64,000 nucleotides of DNA. Origin: Carpediemonas membranifera BICM (lineage: Eukaryota > Protista > Fornicata). The stretch lies in assembly GCA_019828565.1 (NCBI GenBank), contig JAHDYR010000015.1, positions 780,986 through 844,985 on the forward strand, read 5' to 3'. The position numbers and the translations under genes were made by a program. A model generated the notes under the pieces. That model was not told the DNA's origin. It saw nothing but the letters and a program-made list of their open reading frames with translations, and did not search any database. Positions 30,940-42,331 of the stretch are shown piece after piece. Position 1 is the first letter of the stretch. Each line of letters begins with the position of its first letter.

Positions 30940-31464
30940 ATGGTGGAGCTGGAGTCTGGAATGCTTGAAACTGGTACAGAGAACTCTCCTAGAAGTGATG
31001 TATCGGATTCTATGGTATTTGACGAAGTTTCCCGTGTTGCCGCTGCCAATGATTCGAAGGAGCAAATTGTGAAGCCTACGCAGCGCAAACCTTTGCTTCA
31101 GCAAGTTATTTCGTATCCTACTCCCAGGATCCGTTGGACCCCCGAGTTGCATGCTCACTTCGAGCGCGTAGTGAACGCTCTCGGCGTTCGAAGCGCGCGC
31201 CCTCGGGACATCGTGCAGCTGATGAATGTTCAGGGCCTCACCCGCGACAAGGTTGCATCCCACCTCCAGAAGTACAGAAGAACCGTTCTGACTGCCAACG
31301 GCCTTTCCTCCATCCGTGACTTGCGCGACGATGTGCATTCCACGAAACCTTCTAATTTTACCCGCGTTACTGCCTTCACCCCCGCGAAGTCGCAGAACCA
31401 CCCCTTCCACCGTGTCAGGGAGCCCATGCCCGTGCTTCATGACCCTGATGTCCGCCGCTACTAA
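30940..31464 (+). CDS. GARP (SHAQKYF-class Myb-like) transcription factor
   Basis: PRIRWTPELHAHFERVVNALG..ARPRDIVQLMNVQGLTRDKVASHLQKYR is a canonical GARP DNA-binding domain. Confidence 0.9.
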   Translation: MVELESGMLETGTENSPRSDVSDSMVFDEVSRVAAANDSKEQIVKPTQRKPLLQQVISYPTPRIRWTPELHAHFERVVNALGVRSARPRDIVQLMNVQGLTRDKVASHLQKYRRTVLTANGLSSIRDLRDDVHSTKPSNFTRVTAFTPAKSQNHPFHRVREPMPVLHDPDVRRY

Positions 31465-31782
31465 CTTACCAAAGCTGAGAGTTGTCAAGCAAGACAGCTC
31501 GTGTACATGAGCTAAACATAAATACATGTATATACACACGCGAGTGTCGATGTTTTGCTTATGACTCATTCAGCAGTCAGCATTGTCGTGAGGACCATCC
31601 AAAGTAGTTTCGAGCGTGTCAACATTGGTCAAGTAGATACGCGGGTAATTGCTTGGCATAGCGGCAAAGCTCTGCGGATTTGACGCCTTCTCTACCAAGG
31701 ATTATAGCGGATAGCCGGAATCAATCTCAAGATTCGTGTGATTCATATTTCGCACTTTTAGGCTCATCAAAATCTGCTCCAA

Positions 31783-32736
31783 TCACGCAGCCCCGCGCTC
31801 GCCCGCACAACTCCAGCCATCAGCGCGTATACAGTGGGATTTAGTGGTAGGTAACTCTCTCGTCGAGGGTGAAGCGCGGCTGGGTAGGCTCGGTCCTCTC
31901 GGGGAAGCCGATGCCGACGTTGACGATGATCTCCTCGTCCTCGGGCAGCTGGAGAAGCTCGCGGGTCATGTCGTTGGACATGCCGCTGAAGCCGGCGTTG
32001 ATCGTGCCCATGCCAAGGGTGGTCGCGGCGAGCTCGAGCTGCATCACGGCGAGGCCGATGTCGAGGCCCTTGGAGCCGCCCATGCCGGCGGACCAGGTGA
32101 TGGTGATGACGGTGGGGGCGCCGTAGAAGACGGGCTCCTCAACGGGCTCAGTGAAGCCGAGGCCTGCGTGAGTATGTAAAGAATGTGATGGGGCGTACCA
32201 GCCATGATGCGGTCGATGACGGCCTGGGTGGCCTTCTCGACAGTGTTGCTGGAGATCTTCTGGATCATCTCCTTGTCCTGGACGACGTGGAACTTCTGTG
32301 TGAGGATGGGAACGCGCGATGACAAACCCAGGGCTGCCTATGTAAGCGGTGGATGGCGGTAGACATGCTTGTTGCAGGCTGACGGCGCCTTGAGGGCCGC
32401 AGTGATCACCTTCTCGATTTCCTCCTTCGTGGGAACGCGGTCGGTGAAGTGGCGCACAGTCTGGCGCTTGTGGATGAGCTCGGTGTAGTCTTCGTATGAG
32501 GGGACAGTCATAGCGGTATTTGGGCGCGGTATGGCTCAACTTGCTGGTCGGACGACTCCAATACAGTCGAAATCGGGTTCATTTGCGATGAATTCGGCCA
32601 TGATTCGATCTTGATTCGAGATTCGAGGCGTATCCCCGGCGCAGCCCGTGGAATGCACGTCTGCTGGCTGGGTAGCGAGGGCCGCACGCCGCCCCATCGC
32701 GACGATATCACTGGATTGGTGAAATACGCGCACACC
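31783..32736 (-). repeat. Right arm of 954-bp inverted repeat (partner 29764-30717)
   Basis: Reverse complement of 29764-30717. Confidence 0.97.
31841..32511 (-). CDS. Nitroreductase family flavoprotein, copy B (mirror of copy A, same three introns)
   Basis: Reverse complement of 29989-30659. Confidence 0.88.
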
Positions 32737-32760
32737 TCAACCAAGATTTATCCACCGCCT

Positions 32761-35063
32761 TCACCGCTGCTCCAACCTCGCCAGCCGCCCCCTGAGATAG
32801 CCCAAGTCACCCTTTTCACAGTCGAAGTCCTTGAAATACTCTACGAGGTCGGCCAGCTCCGCGTGGTCGACGGTAACATCTCTCCCATCAATCATTGCCT
32901 GCCGCACAGCTGCAGCCCGAGCAACAACCTCGTCCAGCACCCCCGCCGCTCTAGCTGCGGCGAGACCGTGAGACTCAGACGTCTGCCCGCGTCTCAGCTG
33001 ATAGAGCATGGTCACGGACGGTGCAGGGCCCTCGTTCATGCTACTAACAACCACGGCCATGTGCCACAGCGCCGTGGCCGTGGGTAACAAGCCGGCGGTG
33101 TGGGCGTCATGGAGGTGGGTGCCACATAGTACAGTGGGGCCAGACGGGTCCGACCAGGTGGTGGCAGCGGACACAAGGAGGGCGGTGCCGTCGTCGGGCG
33201 CCGTATTCCTACCGAACTCGTCGACTATCACTAGAGACGAGGGGCTGGCAAACCGGAAAGCGTGGTTCAGTTGCCGTAGAGAGGTCCTGAATGCCCCGAG
33301 AGAGGGGGCTGTTTCCATGTGCGGGGTGACTGCGATGAGTCGGTCAAAAAGACCAATCACTGCCCGCCTCGCTGGGACGAAGGAGCCAGTGCAGGCGAGG
33401 TGGAGCAAGTGTGCCACGGCCGCGAGTAACACAGACTTGCCAGACGAATTAGGGCCCATGAGCAGACTTACCCTCGACTCGACCGTCAAGTCGGACGTGA
33501 TATACTCTGGTACAGTTAGCTCGACAATAGGGTGCCGGAGACCGTCGACCTCTAGACGATAGTCCGACACGAGGGTCGGCCTGGTAAATCCCCGCTCCAG
33601 GGCGACTGTAGCATTACTCTGTAGGGCGTCTAGTCTTGCTATATGGCTTGTGAGGTCGGCGAGCATGGGCTGGTGGGCTTGGAGCTCTTCTCTGAGCATC
33701 TGGGCGATCCTGTTTTCCAGCTCGACCATCCCGACGTGCAAATCACCAATTGATTCGTTCAATTCTGTGGTTCTCGGGTGTCGGAAGAATCCGTGACCGC
33801 CAGATACGAACTGCAATGTCATGTCATAAGCTGACATGTCTTCCGCCTCCACGAAGCTCTCAATACTGTTCAGTATGTCATGTTCAATCGCTACGAGGAA
33901 CCCCACCTGGGGGTAATAGACGACAGCAAGCCTGGGGATGTCGGCTGTAGCCAGCTCGCCGAGCAGACTCGAAGCAACCTCGGTAAGGTATCCGGGGACC
34001 ATCTCTAGATTCTCGCGTGTTTGGTCGAGGTCGACACTCACCCCGGGTCGAATGATTGGACGGTCTTGTTTCTTAGATTCGACTAAATCTATGATTCCAT
34101 CCACTCCGTTATAAATCTCGCCCACCGTGGTGGACTCAACACGCAGTAAATCCGACTGGGCGTTCACCACGACCTGGGCGACCTCGGCCATGCCCTTGAG
34201 GCTCTTTGTCACAATCACCCAGTCAGCTGCGGTCCATTGGCCGGCCTTGTCGAGCTTGACTGAGAGGTTCCCGATGCCCTTGAGCGCCGTCCTGAGTCTA
34301 CCGAGCATATCACTGGTGTTGGGGGTTGTCAGCTCCTCTACGGCGTCCAGCCGCTCGCTGAGCACCCGTCGGCTGATGACAGGGCGCCGCAGCCATTGCA
34401 GGAGGAGGGCCCGGCCGCCTGGAGTGACTGTCCGGTCGAGGGCGGAGACGAGAGCGCCGTCGGAACCCAGACCGATGAACTTGGCGGTGGCCTCATCGAT
34501 CAAAAGTGTGTCTTTGATTGGCACTGATCTGAAGGTTGAGACCGAGGTCGAAGCGAGCGAGTTGAACATGTGGTGGGCCTTGCAGTGGGCTATAAGTCCG
34601 CCCAGTGCTCTCATCGCGTTTGTCTTGGGGCATAGAGTCAGAAGTGGTACGGGATGGCCATCAGTGTCTGCCGTGACAGTGGCCAGAGCGGTGTGGGAGG
34701 ACTGGGGGTTGAACTCGGACGGTGCAAGGTCGATGATCGTGGGTACGGGGTTATGCGAGCGGAGAATGGCCTTGAGAGTGTCCGTGGTCTCGTCGTGGCG
34801 GCGGGGGAGGACAACTGAGGTTGGAGTGAACTGGGAGAGAACTGTGGAAGGGTTGGTGGCGGGGTGAACGTACGGCAGCTCACAATGAAGTCTAATGAAT
34901 CGAACGAGTAGTCCCCGAACTCGATTGAATCCTGCTGCTGGTTGAAACAGCCTAAAGCGATGCTAAGTGAGCAATAGAGGGAAGCTACGGACGAATCATT
35001 GGCGATGAAAAGAGATAGGATGATATTTGTGCCGTTCTGTGTTGTAGATGCATTTGGTGCCAT
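32761..35063 (-). CDS. MSH5: MutS homologue, meiotic MSH5-like (intron 34842-34873; a further in-frame ~30-nt intron near 34963-34992 is possible)
   Basis: RTVTPGGRALLLQWLRRP; LRHP; Walker A MGPNSSGKS; GSFVPA..A.IG; Walker B SLVIVDEFG; SHGLAAA..AG. No mismatch-binding domain I, and a VYYPQVGFL motif. The 32-nt intron joins ORFs 34638-35087 and 32761-34614 in frame. Confidence 0.75.
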
Positions 35064-35564
35064 TAAATTGGCACTCTTCGTCTCCAAACCTTGCTACTCA
35101 TCTCCGGACATCGACGAATTACATGAATACATGAGACAATGTATACATTTGATAGAGGCAGAATAGGAGTAGAATAAGGCAATGTGGACGCCAAAAAGCG
35201 GGCCTGATTGGGTGTGCGGCAGGTCATGATTCCTGCTGGCAGGCATGGGAGGCCGTTTCGAGCAGGCTCTCCCTGTTCAGCGGGAAGCATGGGCAGGGTT
35301 GCTATGTTGAGGAATGCGCGGAGCTGCTATGTGCTCTTCTTCCCCGTGCCTTGTCTCAATTGTGGCTGGATACAAAATGAGATCGTCAAATATCATATCT
35401 TCGCTCAATAATAAATCTGTCACCCTCCTTAGCTCTCTCGCACCCAGAACAACCCAGTGGTGTGGGTCCCATGGCCTTGATATGATCCCTTTGCCCCTGA
35501 TCTCGTCGCAATCGCTTATCGGAGTTTTCGCACAAAAAGGTAGGCGACGATACAGCCCAAGGCG

Positions 35565-38480
35565 ATGCAGACTGTCCGGTTTAATCTTCACCATTCGACT
35601 GGTTACGGCGATACAGTTTTCGTATGTGGCGATGCTGCTCCCATCGGTGCTTGGAAGGCCAACGATGCCCTCGAGCTCAAGTATCACGACGGCGTGTGGT
35701 CCCAGGAGGTTGCTATCGATACATCCAAGGCCGTAGAGTACAAGTACTTCATCCGCCGTGCCAGCGGTGAGTTTGAGTGGCAGTCAGGCCTGAACTACCG
35801 TCTCATCGCCATCCCCACCGGCAAGCGGGAGCTGCACATGCACGACGAGTGGCCCCTCGCCCCTACACTCAGCGACACCATCTCCAAGACCGCTACCTTC
35901 CACGACGCCATCATTCGCAGCGACGTCGCCGTCGCCCCCGAGGCCGTTGTTGCCCCCAAGGATGGGGAGACCGTCATCAACTTCTCCATCTATGCCCCGT
36001 GGGTCGAGCACAACCACGCCCTCTTCATCTGCGGTGGCCACCCCGCCCTCGGTGACTGGAGCCCCGCCAACGCCCTCCGCTGTGGCGTCAAGGACGGCAT
36101 TCACTCAGCCTCCATCGTTGTCGACGCCGGCATCTCCACCCCGATTGCTTACAAGTGCTTCCTCGGCGAGCCCGGCAAGCCTGTCCGCTGGGAAGCTGGC
36201 GAGAACCGCGCCACTGCGGCGTCTCCCGTGGTCGACGCCGAGATTCCCCTGGTAATCCCCGAGCCCGAGGAGGTCATCGGCTCTGTCTCGGCCCGCGTCC
36301 CCGTCTCTGTCGGCGCGGCCACCTACCGCCATTCTTTCCGCTACGGCTTTGAGGTCCGTCCCCGGGTGATGGGCACAGTCGTTCCCGTCTTCTCCCTCCG
36401 CAGCCGTAAGTCTCTCGGCGTTGGCGAGTTCCTCGACATGAAGCCCATGATTAACTTCATCGCCCAGGCCAAGGGCAACGTTCTTCAGATCCTGCCCGTG
36501 AACGACACGATGATCCACTTCTCCCACCGCTGGTCATCTTACCCCTACTCTACACTCTCCGTGTTCGCTCTCCACCCTCTCTATGCTCGTGTGGACGACG
36601 AGAAGTCGGTCGGCAAGATTCCCGCTGCCATCCGGGCTAAGATTGACGCTTTCAAGAAGGAACAGATCAAATCCCCCATTGCTGACTACGAGAAGGTTCT
36701 CCCCGCCAAGCTCAAGTTCCTCCGCGAAATTTACGATGTCAAGCGTAAGGACAAGAGCCTCCCCGACCTCGATGCCTTCCTCGAGGACAACGAATACTGG
36801 CTGCCCGACTACGCCGTCTTCAAGTACCTCGCCGACAAGAACAAGTCCTGCGACTTCTACAAGTGGCCTGAGCACTCCGAGTTTACCCCCGCGGTCCATA
36901 AGTTGTTCAAGGACCCAACCGCTGGCCCTGAGGTCTACTTCCACGTCTGGTGCCAGTACATTCTCTGCCAGCAGTTCGCCGAGGTGTCAAAATACGCCTC
37001 TGTCAAGCGTGTCGCCATCAAGGGTGACATCCCCATCGGCGTCGACCCCCACTCCTGCGATGTCTGGCGCTACAAGGAGCTCTTCAACATCGACACACGC
37101 ACCGGTGCTCCCCCCGACATGTTCTCAGCCTCTGGCCAGTGCTGGGGCTTCCCCACGTACAACTGGGACGCCATGGCCAAGGACGGCTTCAAATGGTGGG
37201 CTGCGAGGCTCGGGCTTATGGCCAAGTTCTTCAAGGCGTACCGCATAGACCATGTGCTCGGTTTCTTCCGCATCTGGCGTCTGCCCGATACTGCTGTTAG
37301 CGGCATCCCTGGCTTCTTCTTCCCGTCCCGCCCCATTCACTTGAACGAACTCAAGGCCCGCGGCATCCACAATATTGACCGTCTCGTTGAACCCTTCCTC
37401 CCCGAGAGATTCGTCTACGAGGTATTTGAGGCGTATTACGAGGACAGGGAGGTCGCCAACGAGCACGCGAGAGCTTGCATTGGCCGCTACCTCACCCTCA
37501 AGGAGACCAAGGCGGGTACCCGCTACTTCAAGTTCAAGCCTGAGTTCGCTAACGAGCAGGCCATTGCCGATGACAAGCCCATCCCCAAGGGCGTCTCTCT
37601 CGAGGAAGAGGTCGAGCACCGCAACTCTATGATGCCCTACTTCCGCCTGCTCAACAACGTTTGTCTATACCGCTCGCCCTTCCAGCCAGAGTGGGAGTTC
37701 TTCCCCAGGTTTGGCATGAAGCTGACGTACGACGATGGCTCTGAGAGGTCCGACTTGCCCATGCTCGCTTCGTGGCGTTACCTCGATGCCCGCGAGCAGA
37801 CCATCCTCCAGGACATCTGCGACAACTACTTCTACCGCGATCATAACGACATCTTCACCAAGGAGGCGCACAAGAAGCTCCCCTCCATCCTCAACGCCGC
37901 TAACATGCTCATCTGCGGAGAAGACCTCGGCCTTCTCGCCCCCTGCGTTACCCCCGTCATGAAGCACTACTCCATGCTCGGCCTTCGTGTCCAGCGCTTC
38001 CCCCCGCCCGACCCCTCGGGTGCTATGAAGGACTTTGCCCACTGCAACGAGTTTGGCTGGGACAACGTCGCTACCCCTGGCACCCACGACATGCCCACCC
38101 TCCGCTCTTGGTGGCGTATCGTCCCGAACGCCAAGGAGGAGGGCGTCCGCGAGGCCTTCTGGAACGACTTCCTCCGCGAGGGTTGGGAGTCGACCCGCCC
38201 CAAGGAGCTCGACCCCGCCAAGGTCCACAAGATCATCGACCAGATGCTGTGGTGCCCCGCAATGCTCGCTATGTTCCAGATCCAGGATCTCATGGCCCTT
38301 GACGAGCGTACAGTCTACCCTGGCTGCCCCGAGGACGAGAACATCAACTCGCCAGAGAACCCCCGCCACTACTGGCGTTACCGGATGCACATGGATGTGG
38401 AGGACCTGCTTAAGGAGAAGAACCTCATCAAGATGCTTGCTGGGAAGGTTGAGGCCTCGGGCCGCGGCAGGATTTATTAA
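35565..38480 (+). CDS. DPE2: 4-alpha-glucanotransferase DPE2 type (two CBM20 + GH77)
   Basis: N-terminal CBM20 repeats (CGD..IGAW, CGGHPALGDW); VPVFSLRS..GVGEFLD; LQILPVNDT; KGDIPIGV; GAPPD; YRIDHVLGFFRIW; GEDLG; THD; WRYRMH. Confidence 0.93.
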   Translation: MQTVRFNLHHSTGYGDTVFVCGDAAPIGAWKANDALELKYHDGVWSQEVAIDTSKAVEYKYFIRRASGEFEWQSGLNYRLIAIPTGKRELHMHDEWPLAPTLSDTISKTATFHDAIIRSDVAVAPEAVVAPKDGETVINFSIYAPWVEHNHALFICGGHPALGDWSPANALRCGVKDGIHSASIVVDAGISTPIAYKCFLGEPGKPVRWEAGENRATAASPVVDAEIPLVIPEPEEVIGSVSARVPVSVGAATYRHSFRYGFEVRPRVMGTVVPVFSLRSRKSLGVGEFLDMKPMINFIAQAKGNVLQILPVNDTMIHFSHRWSSYPYSTLSVFALHPLYARVDDEKSVGKIPAAIRAKIDAFKKEQIKSPIADYEKVLPAKLKFLREIYDVKRKDKSLPDLDAFLEDNEYWLPDYAVFKYLADKNKSCDFYKWPEHSEFTPAVHKLFKDPTAGPEVYFHVWCQYILCQQFAEVSKYASVKRVAIKGDIPIGVDPHSCDVWRYKELFNIDTRTGAPPDMFSASGQCWGFPTYNWDAMAKDGFKWWAARLGLMAKFFKAYRIDHVLGFFRIWRLPDTAVSGIPGFFFPSRPIHLNELKARGIHNIDRLVEPFLPERFVYEVFEAYYEDREVANEHARACIGRYLTLKETKAGTRYFKFKPEFANEQAIADDKPIPKGVSLEEEVEHRNSMMPYFRLLNNVCLYRSPFQPEWEFFPRFGMKLTYDDGSERSDLPMLASWRYLDAREQTILQDICDNYFYRDHNDIFTKEAHKKLPSILNAANMLICGEDLGLLAPCVTPVMKHYSMLGLRVQRFPPPDPSGAMKDFAHCNEFGWDNVATPGTHDMPTLRSWWRIVPNAKEEGVREAFWNDFLREGWESTRPKELDPAKVHKIIDQMLWCPAMLAMFQIQDLMALDERTVYPGCPEDENINSPENPRHYWRYRMHMDVEDLLKEKNLIKMLAGKVEASGRGRIY

Positions 38481-38744
38481 GAGTGACTGATAAAGTATTT
38501 AAGGTAGCGTGGGTCTTGCTGCAAGGCGATGCGTCATGCACAGGCCAATGTAATCCGGTGACTCTCTGACTCAACAGTGTTGCTGCCACCGGTGATCAGT
38601 CCGTTGAGCGTGCTGAAGTCGACCAAGGTCACGGTCGGGAATCTGATACAGGCGAACGCGTGTAACGCTCGGGAGAGGCGCCGCCGTGGACGTCCCCGTC
38701 ATCCACCGCTGAGCAGTCAGTTAGCCCACGTACGTAACTGCATG

Positions 38745-40295
38745 TCAGGCATGACTCACCCAACTCTGTGGAGTCCTGCCTAGAATCCGAGCTGCCTCAT
38801 GGACAGGCACTACCGCCCGACCGACTGTCGCTTGGAGGATGCCGTTGGCGTCGATGTCGAACGACACCTCGATCTTCGGGACGCCGCGGGGGGCGGGCGG
38901 AATGCCGGTCAGGTCGAAGGTGCCGAGCTTGTTGCAGTCGCGTGTGCGGGCGCGCTCGCCCTCGAAGACCTGGATAGTCGCGACGGACTGGTTGTCGGCG
39001 AAGGTGGAGAAGGTCTCCTTGGCGTGCGCGGGGATAGTGGTGTTGCGCTTGATGAGGGTGGTCATCACGCCGCCGGCGGTCTCGATGCCGAGCGAGAGGG
39101 GCGTGACGTCGAACGGGAGGAGACCCTGCACCTGGGCGGAGACCATCTCGGGCATGTCGCCGGAGAGGATGGCGGCCTGTACGGCGGCACCGAAGGCGAC
39201 GGGCTCAACAAAGTTGATGATATTGCTGGGCTCCTTGCCGAAGAAGTCATTGAGCATCTGCTGCACCTTGGGGATGCGGGTCGACCCGCCGACGAGCACA
39301 ATCTTGTCGACACTAGATTTGTTGAGGTTCGCGTCGTTGAGCACGCGCTGGACAGGGTCGATGCAGGCACGGAAGAGGTCGCCGCAGAGCTCCTCGAAGC
39401 GGGTACGGGTGATGCTGGAGGAGAAGCCGATGCCCTTGTAGAGAGAGTCGATCTCGATGGCGGCCTGGATGGAGGTGGACAGGGTGCGCTTGGCGCGCTC
39501 GCAGGCGGTGCGGAGAAGATCCATGGAGCGGGCGTTACCGCTGATGTCCATATTGTGCATGCCCTTGAACTCGGTGACGAAGTGGTTGACCATGCGGCTG
39601 TCGAAGTCCTCGCCGCCGAGGTGAGTGTCGCCCGCGGTCGCCTTGACCTTGAAGATGCCCTCGTCGATGGTGAGCAGCGAAACATCGAACGTGCCACCGC
39701 CGAGGTCGAAGATCAGGACGTTCTTCTCCGTGGCCAACTTGTTGTCGAGCCCGTACGCGATCGCCGCGGCTGTCGGCTCGTTGATGATGCGGAGGACCTC
39801 GAGGCCCGCGATCTGGCCGGCGTCCTTCGTGGCCTGGCGCTGCGAGTCGTTGAAGTACGCGGGGACCGTGATGACGGCCTTGCTGACGGGCTTGCGGAGG
39901 TAGTCCTCGGCGGTCTTCTTCATCTTCTGCAGGACCATGCCCGAGATCTCCTCGACCTGGAAGGTGCGGGTCTCGCCCTTGTGCTGCACCTGGACGGCCG
40001 CCTTGTCGCCCGCGCCCGCGACGACCTTGAACGGCCAGTGGCCCATGTCGGCCTGGACCTCGCGGTCGTTGAAGCGGCGCCCGATGAGGCGCTTCGCGTC
40101 GAAGACTGTGTTGGTGGGGTTCTTCGCCGTCTGGTTCTTCGCAGCCTCGCCGATGAGGCGCTCGTCCTCGTTAAAGGCGACGTATGAGGGTGTTGTGCAG
40201 TTGCCCTGGTCGTTGGCGATGATCTCGACGCAGTCCTTCATGAACACGCCAACGCAGGAATATGTGGTGCCTAAGTCGATTCCGATAGCAGTCAT
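38745..40295 (-). pseudogene. HSP70: Divergent, C-terminally truncated cytosolic Hsp70 (possible pseudogene)
   Basis: [39 protein letters not shown] and [20 protein letters not shown] are present. Similarity ends there (no lid, no EEVD), and normally invariant residues are changed (GNC for GNR, NFVEPVA for NPDEAVA, LLPFDV for LLLLDV). Confidence 0.7.
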
Positions 40296-40777
40296 GTGCT
40301 TATCTAAGTCTGTGTGAGCGGTGTTGTGGGGAACGCACGTTGTCCGCTGTTCTGCCATCCGGGATCGATGTGATGACTGCACGAAATCGATCTGAAGATT
40401 GATCTGATGATTGATCTGATGCCATCGCTACCAGATGTCGTCGCGGCGCTCCGGTGAGTAGACCTGAGATGTGTTCAGGTTGCTCATCTCCAAGCCAGCC
40501 ACACCATTTCCAAGATCAACCAGGGCGAGTGTCACAGCCTCGTAAGCAGCCGCCCCATGTGCCAAAGCTGCACGCCATTGAAGGTATGATAGTGTAAGAC
40601 ATAGCGCACAGACATGCAATGGCTCCCCTATGCCTCCCACTCCACCATTGTGACCCCAACCAGCAGGGCGGGACTTGAGAGCAAACAGCACACGTGGCCG
40701 ACCGCCGACACTATACCGTGCCACTACCCGCACATGTATCCTATGTATATAGTAAATACCGCTTTATGACCCAGCCC

Positions 40778-41983
40778 TCAATACCCAATCAACCTTGCCT
40801 CCTCACTGATCAGCTCCGCATCCCACTGCGTCACCGTCCGATGGCTTGACCGAGTCGGTTCCCACAACTGCATCATACAATCGCCGCCGGTGCTTAAAAC
40901 TGTCCAGTCCCGATGGGTCCATTGAAGATCGTTCACTGAAGCACTGTGGCCTCGATGCTCGAACAACAGCTCGGGCTTGGCGTTGCCGCATGACGTGGGC
41001 TTCTCACGGCCGATGCGGGAGAGGTCCCAGAGAGATACGACGCCGTTCGTCGCGCCCGTGGCAAAAACAGTGTTGCTGAACGGGCTACATTCCAGGTTCC
41101 AAATCTCTCCCTGTCGCGAAGTGGTGCCGGTATATAGTGGTTTGGTCGGCGAACGTAAATCAAGTAAATCCCACTTGTTGCTGTGGCAGGTTATGACGTA
41201 CCCCTCACCTGTCTGCTTCGCGCACATGACGTCCTGTCTGTCTGGCCTCGTCTGAGCGAACGCTGCCGTTGCCGTTCTTGGGTCCAAAACCGCGAAATGC
41301 CCGTTGTTATAAGAGACGATGACTAGGTTACCCTGGTTTGATGAGAAGCAGATATCATTGATCGTCTCATCTTTCCACGGCGTGTGCACGATCTTCGGCC
41401 GTCCGTTTCCGTTATTGATGTCCCAGACGGCTACGGAGGCGTCGTCCGATGCCGTGGCTAGCAAGTCTCCCGTTGCCGACCAAGCGAGCGGGAAGAAGTC
41501 TCCCGCGGCACCATTAAGGGTGACTGGATCAGAGTTGATACCCTTGAACAACAGCACTGAGCCATCCGCGTGTCTTGTCGCTATTCTGTATGTTCTCGCA
41601 CTGACTGGGGTCTGTCGGATCCTGTTGCACTCGTCGGGAAGCTCGCACAGTTGAGTCTGTCGGACCTCGATCATTGGATGCCTCAGGTTCTTGTGGCGGT
41701 GGTGCTGGTACAATGCGTTGGGGTTTGCACGCATGTAGGACTCGGTGGGGATGGTAACGTGGCACATCATCATTTCAGACGTGGTCTCGGTGTCTGAACG
41801 AGGTACAAGAATCATGAAGGTCTCCTTTGAGCCGTCGAGGTCCTTGATTGTCTCTCTGAGCACCATAGAGGACTGTGCGCTCACATCCTGGTCTACATCG
41901 ACGAACAGCTCGTAGTTCGAGCCAGAAGCAGCCAAAAACGCATCATCCGCCGCAGCTTGCGATACTTCCACCTCAATACCCAT
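40778..41983 (-). CDS. WD40 protein, histone-binding RBBP4/MSI1-like
   Basis: WD repeats (LLATASDDASVAVWD; SPF..VFATGATNGVVSLWDLSRIG); PELLFEHRGHSASVNDLQW resembles the RBBP4 PPELLFIHGGH motif. Confidence 0.75.
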   Translation of the reverse strand: MGIEVEVSQAAADDAFLAASGSNYELFVDVDQDVSAQSSMVLRETIKDLDGSKETFMILVPRSDTETTSEMMMCHVTIPTESYMRANPNALYQHHRHKNLRHPMIEVRQTQLCELPDECNRIRQTPVSARTYRIATRHADGSVLLFKGINSDPVTLNGAAGDFFPLAWSATGDLLATASDDASVAVWDINNGNGRPKIVHTPWKDETINDICFSSNQGNLVIVSYNNGHFAVLDPRTATAAFAQTRPDRQDVMCAKQTGEGYVITCHSNKWDLLDLRSPTKPLYTGTTSRQGEIWNLECSPFSNTVFATGATNGVVSLWDLSRIGREKPTSCGNAKPELLFEHRGHSASVNDLQWTHRDWTVLSTGGDCMMQLWEPTRSSHRTVTQWDAELISEEARLIGY

Positions 41984-42331
41984 GAAATAGCAGGGTTAAA
42001 GGAGCGGAGAATGGAGATGAGCTGATCCTCAACTCGCTCTCTTGTTTCGACTGATGCTTTCATTTTCGACCCACTGCACAGCTTGAGGACAGGCGACCTT
42101 GGCCACCGTGTCGGCCAGGAAGGGCAGATGACATATCAGGCAGGTGGCTCGCCGCTCCCCCGATTGGCATGACGTGGTTGAGGGTCCCGAAGATGTGGTG
42201 AAACCAACCTAAAAACAACAAAACCCACGCTCACGACCAGCGTTGACTAGATGCCGCGGTAGCCGTCACGCACCATGCACACCTCGCTGCAGACGATCAT
42301 TTATTCCAATCTACCAGCAAAGAATTACACT

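Noticed and set aside
29764-32736. Inverted repeat read as a DNA transposon or composite element
   Set aside because: The arms are an intron-containing host enzyme gene, the core encodes a transcription factor rather than a transposase, and no target-site duplication is evident.
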